DNA from: a virus
Direction: 5' to 3' (one strand)
DNA: 64,000 nucleotides
Virus genome (UHGV): UHGV-1493261
The notes beneath the pieces were generated by a model. That model did not search any database. It saw nothing but the letters and a program-made list of their open reading frames with translations, and was not told the DNA's origin. The translations under genes and the position numbers were made by a program. The number at the start of each line of letters is the position of its first letter. Position 1 is the first letter of the stretch. Of this stretch, positions 26,890 to 36,532 are shown in pieces.

Positions 26890-27935
26890 TGGAAATCAAA
26901 GCAATAAACAACAATGACATGCTGAAACAGGCTGTCTTGGCTATCCGTGAATTCGGGATCGAATCTGATCCTGGTAATGCTGAAATCAATACTGATAGCA
27001 CCCGCTTCCTTGATGGCGTGACCATAACCGTCGCCGACATCCGTGACCGCTGGCTATCCGTTGAAGGTCGTAACTCATCGGCTATCGCCGCCATCGGCGA
27101 GACCTTCTGGGTTCTGTCCGGGCGCGATGACGTTCGCTTCCTGTCCCGCGTGTTGCCCCGCGCCGCCAACTTTTCCGACAACGGCCACACATGGCGAGCT
27201 GCTTATGGTCCGCGTCTGTACGCTCATGGTCAGCTGGATAGCGTTATCAACCGCCTGCGCAAGAATCCAAACACTCGCCAGGCGTACCTCACCATCTATG
27301 ATCCGGCTCTGGATTCAGATGCTGGTCTGGCGAAGTTCAGTGAGAGTGGCGAAGCAAAGACCAAGGACATGGTGTGTAACCTGGCTCTGTTGTTCGCCAT
27401 CGTTGAAGGTCGCCTGAACCTGACGGTTATCAATCGCTCACAGGATGTTCTGTGGGGTATGAGTTCAATCAACTTCATTGAGTTCTCTATTCTTCAGGAA
27501 GTGATTGCTCGGGTGTTGGATGTTGACGTCGGCCAGTACAAGCTCTTCTCCAACAATCTTCATTACTACAACAATGAAGTCAGCCAGAAGCAGCTGGGCA
27601 AGATCACGAAGGACACCAAAGTAGAAGCTGGGTTCATCAACTCCATGATCCACTTCACGAACGTGACCAACCAGAACCATATCCGCGATCTGTTCACTGG
27701 CGTGCTTGTTCATTGTGACTTCGGTAGCCCTTGGGAAACTGTTGTTGCCTTCCTGAAGGAGTATGATGCGGATCGCGGTCTGATTGTGCAGATGGCATAC
27801 TGCCTGCACTGCAAATTGAATAACAAGCTCATTAACCTGGACCTGATTCAGGATCATGGATTGAACACCGCGCTCACCCATTCTCCGGTTGACCGCAAGA
27901 TCGTTGATCCTAAGTTCCTGGAAGGTGTAGTATGA
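26889..27935 (+). CDS. thymidylate synthase-family enzyme (pyrimidine hydroxymethylase-like), 348 aa with C-terminal extension
   Basis: ThyA-like blocks WRAAYGPRL, YLTIYDP, INRSQDVLWGMSSINFIEF; the conserved Cys is followed by Asn (VCN) where I recall ThyA having PCH. Confidence 0.7.
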   Translation: MEIKAINNNDMLKQAVLAIREFGIESDPGNAEINTDSTRFLDGVTITVADIRDRWLSVEGRNSSAIAAIGETFWVLSGRDDVRFLSRVLPRAANFSDNGHTWRAAYGPRLYAHGQLDSVINRLRKNPNTRQAYLTIYDPALDSDAGLAKFSESGEAKTKDMVCNLALLFAIVEGRLNLTVINRSQDVLWGMSSINFIEFSILQEVIARVLDVDVGQYKLFSNNLHYYNNEVSQKQLGKITKDTKVEAGFINSMIHFTNVTNQNHIRDLFTGVLVHCDFGSPWETVVAFLKEYDADRGLIVQMAYCLHCKLNNKLINLDLIQDHGLNTALTHSPVDRKIVDPKFLEGVV

Positions 27936-28501
27936 TGTACCCAAATCTTGAATTCTTTACGGGGCGCAAGCGTTCCGGTAAGGACTTCTGTTTGGAGTCC
28001 CTCATCAGATATCACCAACTACAGGGTGATATGGACATCCAGCGCCTTTCGTTCTCAGATGAACTGCGCCGGGTTGCCAACTTCATCTATCCATGGCTGC
28101 CAGCGGAGGTAGAGGATGCCGTGAAGGACGTTCCTTACGACCACCCTGATAACCCCAAGGGCTTAACCCCACGGCAGATCTGGCTTCATCTAGGCAGCGA
28201 TACGGGCTTACGTTACGTACAACCCGATCTGTTCCTGGCGTTCTTCAAGCGCTTCCAGCTTCCTCTGGTAGAGCAGAACCCCCACGTCCATTATATCGTG
28301 AGCGATCTGCGTACCCCTCAGGAATATGAATGGGCGCTGAGTACGAAATGTCCTATCACCCGTATTTCAAAGGCCGATCGTGCTGGTATCATAGAGGACG
28401 ATATAGAGGCTTTCATTGACCAAATGAAAGTGGACTACGAATTCCTCAATCCATTTGATGGTTGGGAACCGTTCGTTAAATTCTACGGAGAACGTAAATG
28501 A
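27932..28501 (+). CDS. 1: deoxynucleoside monophosphate kinase, T4 gp1-like
   Basis: GRKRSGKD P-loop matching my recollection of T4 gp1 (GVKRSGKDT). Confidence 0.65.
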   Translation: MMYPNLEFFTGRKRSGKDFCLESLIRYHQLQGDMDIQRLSFSDELRRVANFIYPWLPAEVEDAVKDVPYDHPDNPKGLTPRQIWLHLGSDTGLRYVQPDLFLAFFKRFQLPLVEQNPHVHYIVSDLRTPQEYEWALSTKCPITRISKADRAGIIEDDIEAFIDQMKVDYEFLNPFDGWEPFVKFYGERK

Positions 28502-29052
28502 TCACAGCAGGGCATATCAAAAGCCTGCTCGAACTCCAAAAGGCCACTAACGTGGCCTACTTTGGGGAAGAGTGGAAGAATGTATGGAGTCAGAACGCAG
28601 TTATCAACTCCATCTATCGTGAGTGGGCAGAGTTCCTTGATGAAACCACCCGTGACTGGAAGGTCTATGGCAACGACATCGGGTTTGACCATACGAACGC
28701 AGTTTATGAACTGGTGGACGTGGTACACTTCATGTTGTGCTTCATCCTTGTGGACCGCACCAAAGGTGAGATCGAAGAAGAATTTGAAGTCCTGAGTAAT
28801 CGCGAATTCACCCCATCTGCTTTGGGTGTTGTAGGGCATCGCAATGTTACGTACCGCCTTGGGCAATTCATGAACGATCCTTGCGTTGAGACTCTCATGT
28901 TCTTCCTGTCGTCTGCGTGTTCTTATATGGAGATCGACATTGAGACTTACATACTGGCGCACAAACGCAAGAACGATCGCAATCGTCTGCGTGCTTCTGG
29001 TGGTGCGGATTACGACAAGTCCGCAGAAACCCCTCTGACCCTGGAGTTCTAA
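28498..29052 (+). CDS. all-alpha NTP pyrophosphatase (dCTPase/dUTPase-like, gp56-like)
   Basis: Helical acidic motifs (EWAEFLDE, ELVDVVH); position in the nucleotide cluster. Confidence 0.4.
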   Translation: MITAGHIKSLLELQKATNVAYFGEEWKNVWSQNAVINSIYREWAEFLDETTRDWKVYGNDIGFDHTNAVYELVDVVHFMLCFILVDRTKGEIEEEFEVLSNREFTPSALGVVGHRNVTYRLGQFMNDPCVETLMFFLSSACSYMEIDIETYILAHKRKNDRNRLRASGGADYDKSAETPLTLEF

Positions 29053-29594
29053 TGTTTACAGTCGTCGTTTCATACCATGCGGAGAACGCTGCTCAGGCAT
29101 CCTCCAAATTCGCCGAGCACATCATCGGCGGCGGCCATAATGTATTCCTTACCGAATACAACAGGCCTGTTAAACCGGGCGACGGTCTTTCGGCGACTGT
29201 TACGCATAAGATCGCCAGCGAGCAACCAGAGTCTCTGTTCAGAATGATCGAAGAGTATGCCAGTGGTGGCATCAAGATACCAGATGAACTGGTAGACGTT
29301 TATTTTGAAGGCTCGATCTATTATATCCACGCTATGCCAAAGGATGTAACCATTGAACAGATGATGTATATCCTGAATATAGCACTGAACACTGCGTGCA
29401 TCAACCGCACGAACTACAACAATCTGCGCAATATGTACCTAACCGACCGACATAATGAAGCACCGTCACCTATTGAGACGATGTCCCTGAAGAGCATCCA
29501 AGAGGCGGTTAACATTTTGTCCCAGAAGGTTATGGGTGTAGACTTACTAACGACGATTAACAACAAAGAGGAAGTGAAATGGCCAGTTCATTAA
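29052..29594 (+). CDS. hypothetical protein (180 aa) in the nucleotide-modification cluster
   Basis: ORF; no motif recognised. Confidence 0.45.
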   Translation: MFTVVVSYHAENAAQASSKFAEHIIGGGHNVFLTEYNRPVKPGDGLSATVTHKIASEQPESLFRMIEEYASGGIKIPDELVDVYFEGSIYYIHAMPKDVTIEQMMYILNIALNTACINRTNYNNLRNMYLTDRHNEAPSPIETMSLKSIQEAVNILSQKVMGVDLLTTINNKEEVKWPVH

Positions 29595-30664
29595 TGGACC
29601 GCATGCTGAAGGTTGCTAAGAAACACGATGACCAGGCTTCAGTGCTGTCCCAATCAGACGCTCTGGAACCGTCTATCATCTGTTCTACTGGTATTCCCCT
29701 GATCGACATCGCATGGTCTGGGCGTATTGACGGCGGCCTGATCTCCGGTATCAAGATGATGGTGGGTGATTCCCGTACCTTCAAAACGATGTTCGGTCTG
29801 GTGGACGTCAAGGCGTACATGGACAAGTTCCCTGACGCTATCTGTGTATTTGCTGACTCGGAAAAGGGTGCCAACGCCGATTACTGGACCTCTATGGGCA
29901 TTGACATGGACCGCGTCCTGTACGTACCGATCGACAACGTTGAACAGACCAAGATCCGCTTGCTGCAGATCCTACAGGAAGTCAAGAAAGGCGACCATGT
30001 TATAATCTTCATCGACTCTATCAGCCAACTTCCCTCCACCAAGGAAGTTGAAGATGCGATCAAAGGGAACGACACTCAAGACATGACCCGCGCCCGTGCC
30101 CTCAACAGCTTCTGGCGTGTCATGACTCCCGAAATCAACAGCAAAAATCTCGTGTGTGTTTGGATCAACTCCTATTACGATGAGATCGGCAACCAATATG
30201 CCGAGCCTAACATCAAAGGTGGCAAACAGGGCTTCTTATCCTCCAACTTGATCTGGTTTATCACCCGTTCTCAGGTGAAGGAAGACAAAGATCTGCTGGG
30301 CTGGAACTTCAACATAAGCATCATGAAAGGTCGCCATGTCAAAGAGAAAGCCAAGCTCCCTGTGACGGTACTGTACAACGGTGGTATTGATCGCTGGAGC
30401 GGCCTGCTTGAGATCGCTCGTGCTCTGGGTTATGTTGATATGCCGTCTTCCGGCTGGTATGTGCGTACAGCCAAGGGTGGTTTCGATCCTGAGAAGGAAA
30501 AGAAATATCAGAAGCGTCAGATGGGTGATGATTTCTGGTATCCGCTGCTGGAGAATGTCAACTTCGCCGATGACGTGAAGAAAATGTTCGGTGTTTCTAA
30601 CGGTACTGTTATGCCTGCTAACATGCTGGAGCAAATGGACCATGTTATTAACACAAGCGAATAA
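29579..30664 (+). CDS. uvsX: RecA-like recombinase UvsX
   Basis: Extensive match to my recollection of T4 UvsX (GGLISGI, DSEKGANADYWTSMGID, FIDSISQL, DMTRARALNSFWRVMTP, GGIDRWSGLLE). Confidence 0.85.
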   Translation: MASSLMDRMLKVAKKHDDQASVLSQSDALEPSIICSTGIPLIDIAWSGRIDGGLISGIKMMVGDSRTFKTMFGLVDVKAYMDKFPDAICVFADSEKGANADYWTSMGIDMDRVLYVPIDNVEQTKIRLLQILQEVKKGDHVIIFIDSISQLPSTKEVEDAIKGNDTQDMTRARALNSFWRVMTPEINSKNLVCVWINSYYDEIGNQYAEPNIKGGKQGFLSSNLIWFITRSQVKEDKDLLGWNFNISIMKGRHVKEKAKLPVTVLYNGGIDRWSGLLEIARALGYVDMPSSGWYVRTAKGGFDPEKEKKYQKRQMGDDFWYPLLENVNFADDVKKMFGVSNGTVMPANMLEQMDHVINTSE

Positions 30665-30971
30665 CAGTGGAGGGGGAGGAGACTCCCCCAATAACTACAC
30701 AATCATCGACCCTGGTGCTGATCAGCTGGCGATTATCAAGATCACTTCTGGCAAATTCCGTGGAGTTCAATTCCGGTTCGGCAAGGTGGCCATCAACGAA
30801 GTGGACGGCGAACCCCGCCTGTCTTTCGTGACTGATATATTGAAGAAACCATTGCGTCTGATGTTTGTGAATTTGAAAGAAAATGACTTGTTCACTGAGG
30901 TGTCAGGGGATATCCTTGTAGATCTCATGCAGCGTAATGCTCAGGAATATAATAAATTTTTGGTGGGGTAG
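30642..30971 (+). CDS. small hypothetical protein (start uncertain)
   Basis: Only in-frame ATG is at 30642, overlapping the uvsX end. Confidence 0.3.
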   Translation: MLLTQANNSGGGGDSPNNYTIIDPGADQLAIIKITSGKFRGVQFRFGKVAINEVDGEPRLSFVTDILKKPLRLMFVNLKENDLFTEVSGDILVDLMQRNAQEYNKFLVG

Positions 30972-30977
30972 TGGCCA

Positions 30978-32402
30978 ATGTTACTCGAATCTGTCGTGCT
31001 TTCACAGTTGATTTACAATGAAGATTACCAAAGAAAGATCCTGCCGTACCTGAAAGCCGATTATTTTGACAACGAAGGCGAAAAGGTCATCTTTGGTCTG
31101 ATTGACAGTTATACCTCAGAGTACAATGCCCGCCCGTCTGTCGAAGCACTATCTATAATTCTTGAACGGACAAAGCTGAACGAATATGTGTTTGACCAGG
31201 CGGTATCTGCCCTGGAGAACATCAACGACAACACCTTCAATGAAGAGTGGCTGGCGAAGGAAACCGAGGCTTGGGCGCGGCAAAAGGCCGTACACAACGC
31301 AATCAAGACCGCCGTCAACATCTACGGTGACGAGAAGCGCAAGGACGAGATGAACAACATCCCGACCATGTTGCAGGAAGCCCTGGCGATCCGGTTTGAT
31401 TCATACCTCGGTCACATCTATTGGGAGATGGCGGCAGAGCAGTATGACCACATGAACTCCAACGAGGCCAAGATCCCGTTCGCAGTTGAGATATTCAATA
31501 AGGCGACACGTGGTGGCGTTGGTAAGAAGACACTGAACATCGTAACAGGCGCGATCAACGCAGGTAAGACCACAACGCTGATTGACCTGACCGCAGGGTA
31601 CTCGGAGCAGGGGCTGAACGTCTTTGTCTTCACCCTTGAAGTGGCTGAGAACGTCTGGCGACACCGCCTTGATGCCCGTATCATGCGTCGCGACTTTGAG
31701 TCTTTAGAGAAACTCACAAGGCACGAGTATATTGCAACGATAGAGAAGCTCCGCAGTCGCCAAGATGGTGCGCCCAAGGGTGATATCGTCATCAAGGAAT
31801 ATCCTTCCGGTACTGGACACACAGGTTTATTCCGCCGCGATATCCTTGAGTACATCCAGGCAACTGGTCGTGCTCCCGATGTTATCGTTATTGACTATCT
31901 TGGCGAAGCTGCTTCCTCGCGCCTGCCTGCCCACCTGATGCAGAACACGAACGTCTATTACACGTCTGTGGCTCGTGAGTTTCGTGCGCTGGGATTTGAG
32001 TTTGATGTCCCTGTATGGACTGGTATGCAGTTCAATCGTGAGAATCAGAATAGCACTGATGGCGGAATCAGTGATTTGGCAGATGCTATCGGTATTCCGA
32101 AGGTGGCCGACTTCATCATGGCATTCTATGCTCCTGACGAACTGGCGGCGGTCAAGAAAGCCCGAGCCTCAATACTCAAGAACCGTTATGCCAACAAGCA
32201 GAAGCTGAAATCATTCCTGTTTGGTATGGACCAAGACAAACAGATCCTGTTTGACCTGGACTGGAATGAAGTTAAGAAGGACCTGACTGAGGCTGAGGCC
32301 AAATATGTCGAAAACGTACACATCAAACATGACCTCAACAAGTCCGGGGCTGCTGCCAGCGATGAGCAGAAAGCCCAAACAGTCAATAATTGGAAATTCT
32401 AG
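30978..32402 (+). CDS. 41: replicative DNA helicase, T4 gp41-like (DnaB family)
   Basis: Walker A GAINAGKTT; N-terminus and overall pattern match T4 gp41 as I recall it. Confidence 0.85.
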   Translation: MLLESVVLSQLIYNEDYQRKILPYLKADYFDNEGEKVIFGLIDSYTSEYNARPSVEALSIILERTKLNEYVFDQAVSALENINDNTFNEEWLAKETEAWARQKAVHNAIKTAVNIYGDEKRKDEMNNIPTMLQEALAIRFDSYLGHIYWEMAAEQYDHMNSNEAKIPFAVEIFNKATRGGVGKKTLNIVTGAINAGKTTTLIDLTAGYSEQGLNVFVFTLEVAENVWRHRLDARIMRRDFESLEKLTRHEYIATIEKLRSRQDGAPKGDIVIKEYPSGTGHTGLFRRDILEYIQATGRAPDVIVIDYLGEAASSRLPAHLMQNTNVYYTSVAREFRALGFEFDVPVWTGMQFNRENQNSTDGGISDLADAIGIPKVADFIMAFYAPDELAAVKKARASILKNRYANKQKLKSFLFGMDQDKQILFDLDWNEVKKDLTEAEAKYVENVHIKHDLNKSGAAASDEQKAQTVNNWKF

Positions 32403-32420
32403 GCAATTCAATAAAGCGGG

Positions 32421-32443
32421 TCATAGGGTATAATTCTATGATC
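32421..32443 (+). other. hairpin TCATAG-ggtataatt-CTATGA with TATAAT in the loop
   Basis: Direct read. Confidence 0.4.
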
Positions 32444-32466
32444 TGAATGTAAACCAGGAGCACATC

Positions 32467-32802
32467 ATGTCACACAATGATTTTATGGCTGGCCTGGTGC
32501 AGGCCGCCAAACAGGTGTGCCACACCAAACAAGCGATTGAGCTGAGTCCGGAGCAGACTCTGGAGTTCTTCAACAATCGTAAAATCTGGGAGGAATATGG
32601 AATTGGTATGATATGCCAAGAGGGTGAACTCGTACAGCTGGATCTGCCGTCATTTCCCCTTCCAGTGCGCACCAACACAGTGGAATGGTATACGACGGAA
32701 GATGGTGTAGAGATCATCCCGAAGTTCCAGTATCACTCAATCGTAAACTTCTTTTTACGCCGTTGCGGGACTAATCTGATCCCACAAGGTATGAGATCTT
32801 AA
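32467..32802 (+). CDS. hypothetical protein (111 aa)
   Basis: ORF with SD CAGGAG. Confidence 0.45.
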   Translation: MSHNDFMAGLVQAAKQVCHTKQAIELSPEQTLEFFNNRKIWEEYGIGMICQEGELVQLDLPSFPLPVRTNTVEWYTTEDGVEIIPKFQYHSIVNFFLRRCGTNLIPQGMRS

Positions 32803-32817
32803 CAAGAGGAACACCAA

Positions 32818-33132
32818 ATGTCTGTAGAACAAATCGGCTTTTATGTACTACCATCTGATCCTGAATCCCGTCGCAAGCTGATAGGTGCGATTGAAAACTG
32901 TCGTGCCGCCCAAGTCCGCATCAAGTCGGAACAGACTTTCATTACTGAGACTCTGGCCGAGCTGGCGAAAGACACGGGTATCAAGGCCAGCGACTTGCGC
33001 AAGGTTGTATCCGACCGCGCCAATGGAACTTACCATAAGACGATCGAAACGAGCGAGAAATATCAAGACTTATACGAGTCTCTATTCCCGAACGCCAAGC
33101 CCGATCGAGATCCGAATGCCAGTGGCGAATAA
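32818..33132 (+). CDS. hypothetical protein (104 aa)
   Basis: ORF with SD GAGGAA. Confidence 0.45.
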   Translation: MSVEQIGFYVLPSDPESRRKLIGAIENCRAAQVRIKSEQTFITETLAELAKDTGIKASDLRKVVSDRANGTYHKTIETSEKYQDLYESLFPNAKPDRDPNASGE

Positions 33133-33150
33133 ATCAATAGAACACCAAGA

Positions 33151-33175
33151 AGCCCAGTCAAGTACTGGGCTTTTT
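33151..33175 (+). terminator. terminator hairpin AGCCCAGT-caagt-ACTGGGCT + TTTTT
   Basis: Perfect 8-bp stem plus T5. Confidence 0.7.
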
Positions 33176-33187
33176 AACTTCAATAAC

Positions 33188-33216
33188 TTTACTTTCAAGA
33201 AATAATCGCCTAATAT
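33188..33216 (+). promoter_or_regulatory. sigma70-like early promoter: -35 TTTACT, 17-nt spacer, -10 TAATAT
   Basis: Same architecture as 468, 7135 and 14183. Confidence 0.5.
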
Positions 33217-33226
33217 TTAATCTGTA

Positions 33227-33262
33227 TTGAAGAGTTACAACTACATCATGAGGCTGGAAATG
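33227..33262 (+). promoter_or_regulatory. Conserved translation-initiation box TTGAAGAGTTACAACTACATCATGAGGCTGGAAATG
   Basis: Shares AACTACATCATGA.GCTG...ATGAACGT with the minus-strand box at 54408-54437. Confidence 0.4.
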
Positions 33263-34453
33263 AACGTCAAAACATTCAATATTCCGATCGACAATGAAGG
33301 GTTGGTAGTTGAGCGACTGAAGAAGCTCGAGCGCACTGCCGAAAGGTTGGGTGTTCCGTTTCCGACTGTGACTTATGGTGAACCCTTCAAAACCCACACC
33401 CGCGACTTCACTGGTGAGATCCTTACTCACTGGTGGAAACCTGTCACTCTCGAAGGCGAAGGCATTGACCACCCCATCTCTTATGGTGGCTGGAAGATCA
33501 TCGGTCAGTTCAATCACGAATATCCAAAGGTTATTCTTAACCGCCTGTCCGACAACATCAATCCTGACTTCATCCGTCGCTTCGAGACAGAGAACGTCTC
33601 TTGGTGTCAGCATTGCAATCTAGCCATCCGTCGCAAGAACACGTATGTGATTGAAAATGAGGAAACGCATACCCAGATGCTGATTGGTAGCACCTGTATG
33701 CATCATTATGTGCCTCATCAGAAATCGCTTGACGCGATTATGTCTTACTATCTGGAAATCCAAGAGTTCTTCATGCCAGACGAGGACGACCCAGAGGGTA
33801 TATATCGCGTCCAAAATGAGCGCTTCACCGACACCCACAGTTACCTGCGCGCATGCTTCCAGGTGATGCTGGCAGGCGTGGATATCAAGTCTGAACTGTT
33901 TGACAAAGTACTGGGCTATGTCCGGTCTCATCAGAAACCAAAAGCAGGTTCCGATGAAGAGTATTTCGTAAACAAGGCACACGAATACCGTGAAGATGCC
34001 GAGTCGGAAATGTACCATATGAAGCTTTTCATCAGTGCGCTGTCCGAATCTAATGAGTTCAATGTTCGCCTGAAACGCATGTGTGAACCCGGCTATCACC
34101 TCATCAAGGATAACAACACAGTCTGCTGGGGTGCCAAGAAGTATTACGATTACATCCATCGTCCTCGTACTGACCGCAAGGCGGAGAACAAATGGGTGGG
34201 TGAAGTCAGTGAAATGCTGGAAGTGCAAGTCAGATTCGACAAGCGCACCTTCCTCTTCTCCAATGAATATGGTGATAGTTACCTGTTTACTTTCAAAACA
34301 GCAGAAGGCAATACAATTACCTGGAAGACCTCTTATATGGATACAGAGTTCTTGCAGGGCGATATGATCATCCGTGGTCGTGTCAAAGAACTGACTGAGT
34401 ACAACGGCGTTAAACAAACTCAGGTCACCAGAGCCAAATTGAGGAAATTATGA
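33260..34453 (+). CDS. hypothetical early protein (397 aa) with Cys/His cluster
   Basis: ATG at 33260 with GAGG 6 nt upstream; CQHCN...STCMH. Confidence 0.5.
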   Translation: MNVKTFNIPIDNEGLVVERLKKLERTAERLGVPFPTVTYGEPFKTHTRDFTGEILTHWWKPVTLEGEGIDHPISYGGWKIIGQFNHEYPKVILNRLSDNINPDFIRRFETENVSWCQHCNLAIRRKNTYVIENEETHTQMLIGSTCMHHYVPHQKSLDAIMSYYLEIQEFFMPDEDDPEGIYRVQNERFTDTHSYLRACFQVMLAGVDIKSELFDKVLGYVRSHQKPKAGSDEEYFVNKAHEYREDAESEMYHMKLFISALSESNEFNVRLKRMCEPGYHLIKDNNTVCWGAKKYYDYIHRPRTDRKAENKWVGEVSEMLEVQVRFDKRTFLFSNEYGDSYLFTFKTAEGNTITWKTSYMDTEFLQGDMIIRGRVKELTEYNGVKQTQVTRAKLRKL

Positions 34454-34565
34454 ATTTGATTGAGTTTGTTCTGAAGTCGTTCGCCTTTGGTCTGATAGCA
34501 TGTGGGATGATTACAGCTATGCTTCTCGTCATAGCCCTGGTCATCCCCTTTAAGAGGAAATAGAG

Positions 34566-34766
34566 ATGAAACGTGAAATCATGGATGTGTACGAGCCAGG
34601 ATCTTGTTGTCCTGGCCATGACAAGTATCCATCCGATACTTACAAGAATCGACGTTCCAAAGCGCAACGCTCCAAGAGCATTAAGAAGGAGCATCGCCAC
34701 GCTCGTCGTGTCAAGCGTCTGGGGCTGAAATCTGACCTGAATACCATTACGCGGGAGGACTTTTGA
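34566..34766 (+). CDS. small basic protein
   Basis: ORF with SD AAGAGGAAA; Lys/Arg-rich. Confidence 0.4.
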   Translation: MKREIMDVYEPGSCCPGHDKYPSDTYKNRRSKAQRSKSIKKEHRHARRVKRLGLKSDLNTITREDF

Positions 34767-34978
34767 TGGAATGTTCATGCGGAGGGCAGGGCACAAGTGC
34801 CTACATGCCATTCACCACTGTGAAGGAAGCCGAAGCCGCTGGATTTGCCGTGGACAAGGCTCCCTGTGTAATCGCCACGAAGGATTGCCCGTGCTGTAAG
34901 AGGCACTCTCAGGACGTCTTCTACGCCCCTGATGCGCGTCCGGCTACGGTCAACCTGCTCTCACTGATGAGGAAGTGA
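34763..34978 (+). CDS. small Cys-rich protein
   Basis: CSCGG...CPCCKRH. Confidence 0.4.
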   Translation: MMECSCGGQGTSAYMPFTTVKEAEAAGFAVDKAPCVIATKDCPCCKRHSQDVFYAPDARPATVNLLSLMRK

Positions 34979-35062
34979 CATGATAAAGTTTATCGACTGG
35001 TTGTTCTGTATACCGCCGCTGAGTGCTGAGATCCGTTCCCTGATAATATATTGAAGTCTCTG

Positions 35063-35089
35063 GGGTTATAATAGCATCACATATAACCC
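35063..35089 (+). other. hairpin GGGTTATA-(11 nt)-TATAACCC immediately upstream of the ligase start
   Basis: Perfect 8-bp stem. Confidence 0.45.
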
Positions 35090-35101
35090 TGGAGACACCA
35101 C

Positions 35102-36532
35102 ATGATCCCTATCCTTGAAACAGTCCACCGACTTCGCGAAACCAAAGGCAGCAATGCGAAGAAAGCCGTGCTGACCGAAGCATTCAAGAACAACCCAGAC
35201 TTGGCAGACTTCCTGCAGTATGTCTATGACCCAATGACGTCGTTCTATCGGACTGAGTTGAAGCTCAGCGCGTACCCTCGCATGCTCGTCCGTGAGAAGA
35301 CCGATGACATTAGCGAAGTCTATGGCGTCCTCGACCAGATGGCGCAGCGCCTTGTCGGTGGCCAAAAGGCTGATGCCCTGTTGGCCTCTGTCGCCCTGAA
35401 GATGGATCCCCAATACCACGAACTCATTCAGATGATCCTAGACCGTGATATCAAGGCGGGTATCGCTGAGAAGGGCATCAATGCAGCGTTCAAAGCAGCG
35501 GGTGGCACAGGCCGACTGATCAACATTCTTCCGTATCATCGTTATGACAACATGACGATTGACCTGCTGAAGAAGATGGACTTCAAGCGTGGTGTCTACA
35601 GCCAGCTGAAGTCAGACGGTATGTTCGCCAACATCATATGTCGGTACAATAAAGAGCCTGAGATTCGCTCTCGATCCGGTTCCCTTATCGCAGGCGGTTC
35701 GGTTGACAACCTGTCACTGGTGTTCAAGGACATCATCTACGATGCGGGGATTGGTGAGAGTGTGTTCCATGGTGAACTTCTCGTTGTTGACCTCAAGTCG
35801 AATACCATCCTGCCTCGTGCTGTCGGTAACGGTAAACTCAACAGCGTGATTCAGACAGGAGAACCCCTAGAAGATCGTTATCGGGTGATCTACCGGGTGT
35901 GGGATGTTGTGCCGTATGAACAATGGTTCAACGCCCAGCGCGTGGATACCCCGTATGAGCGCCGCTTCGATATCATCCAGCAACTGTTTGATGAAGACGA
36001 CGGTCTGGTTCAGGTTCAGGAAACTCGTGTTGTTCACTCATTTGCCGAAGCCGTCGACCACTTCAAAGACGCGCTGGCTCGCAAAGAAGAAGGCACGATA
36101 TGTAAGGCCGCAGACATGCCGTGGGAAGATGGTACTTCTTCTGAAGGTCTGAAGCTGAAGATGGAGGTTGAGTGTGACCTTGAAATCGTGGGCTTCAACG
36201 AGGCCGACAAGAAGGGTAAACACGCCAAGACTTTTGGCTCACTGATTTGTAAAACTTCCGACAGCCTGCTTGTTGTTGGCGTATCAGGGATCTCAGATGA
36301 GCTGAGACGCCATATGTGGGAGAACCAGGGCGATTACATTGGCAAGATCGCCGCAGTGCTCTCCAATGGCGTACAGGACAAGACAGACGATGCGATGAAG
36401 TCTTTGTTCCTACCTCGCCTTGTAGAAGTCCGCATTGACAAGAAAGTGGCCAACACACTGGATGAAGTCTATGCGATACAGAAAGCGTACATCGAAAACA
36501 TCGCATTCCTGTTGGAGAAGGGAAATGGGTGA
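35102..36532 (+). CDS. 30: ATP-dependent DNA ligase, T4 gp30-like
   Basis: Adenylation motif QLKSDGM (KxDG); size and layout like T4 ligase. Confidence 0.8.
   Translation: MIPILETVHRLRETKGSNAKKAVLTEAFKNNPDLADFLQYVYDPMTSFYRTELKLSAYPRMLVREKTDDISEVYGVLDQMAQRLVGGQKADALLASVALKMDPQYHELIQMILDRDIKAGIAEKGINAAFKAAGGTGRLINILPYHRYDNMTIDLLKKMDFKRGVYSQLKSDGMFANIICRYNKEPEIRSRSGSLIAGGSVDNLSLVFKDIIYDAGIGESVFHGELLVVDLKSNTILPRAVGNGKLNSVIQTGEPLEDRYRVIYRVWDVVPYEQWFNAQRVDTPYERRFDIIQQLFDEDDGLVQVQETRVVHSFAEAVDHFKDALARKEEGTICKAADMPWEDGTSSEGLKLKMEVECDLEIVGFNEADKKGKHAKTFGSLICKTSDSLLVVGVSGISDELRRHMWENQGDYIGKIAAVLSNGVQDKTDDAMKSLFLPRLVEVRIDKKVANTLDEVYAIQKAYIENIAFLLEKGNG

Noticed and set aside
33620-34417. 265-aa minus-strand ORF inside the 33260-34453 gene
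   Set aside because: No SD; the plus-strand gene has promoter, SD and a terminator upstream
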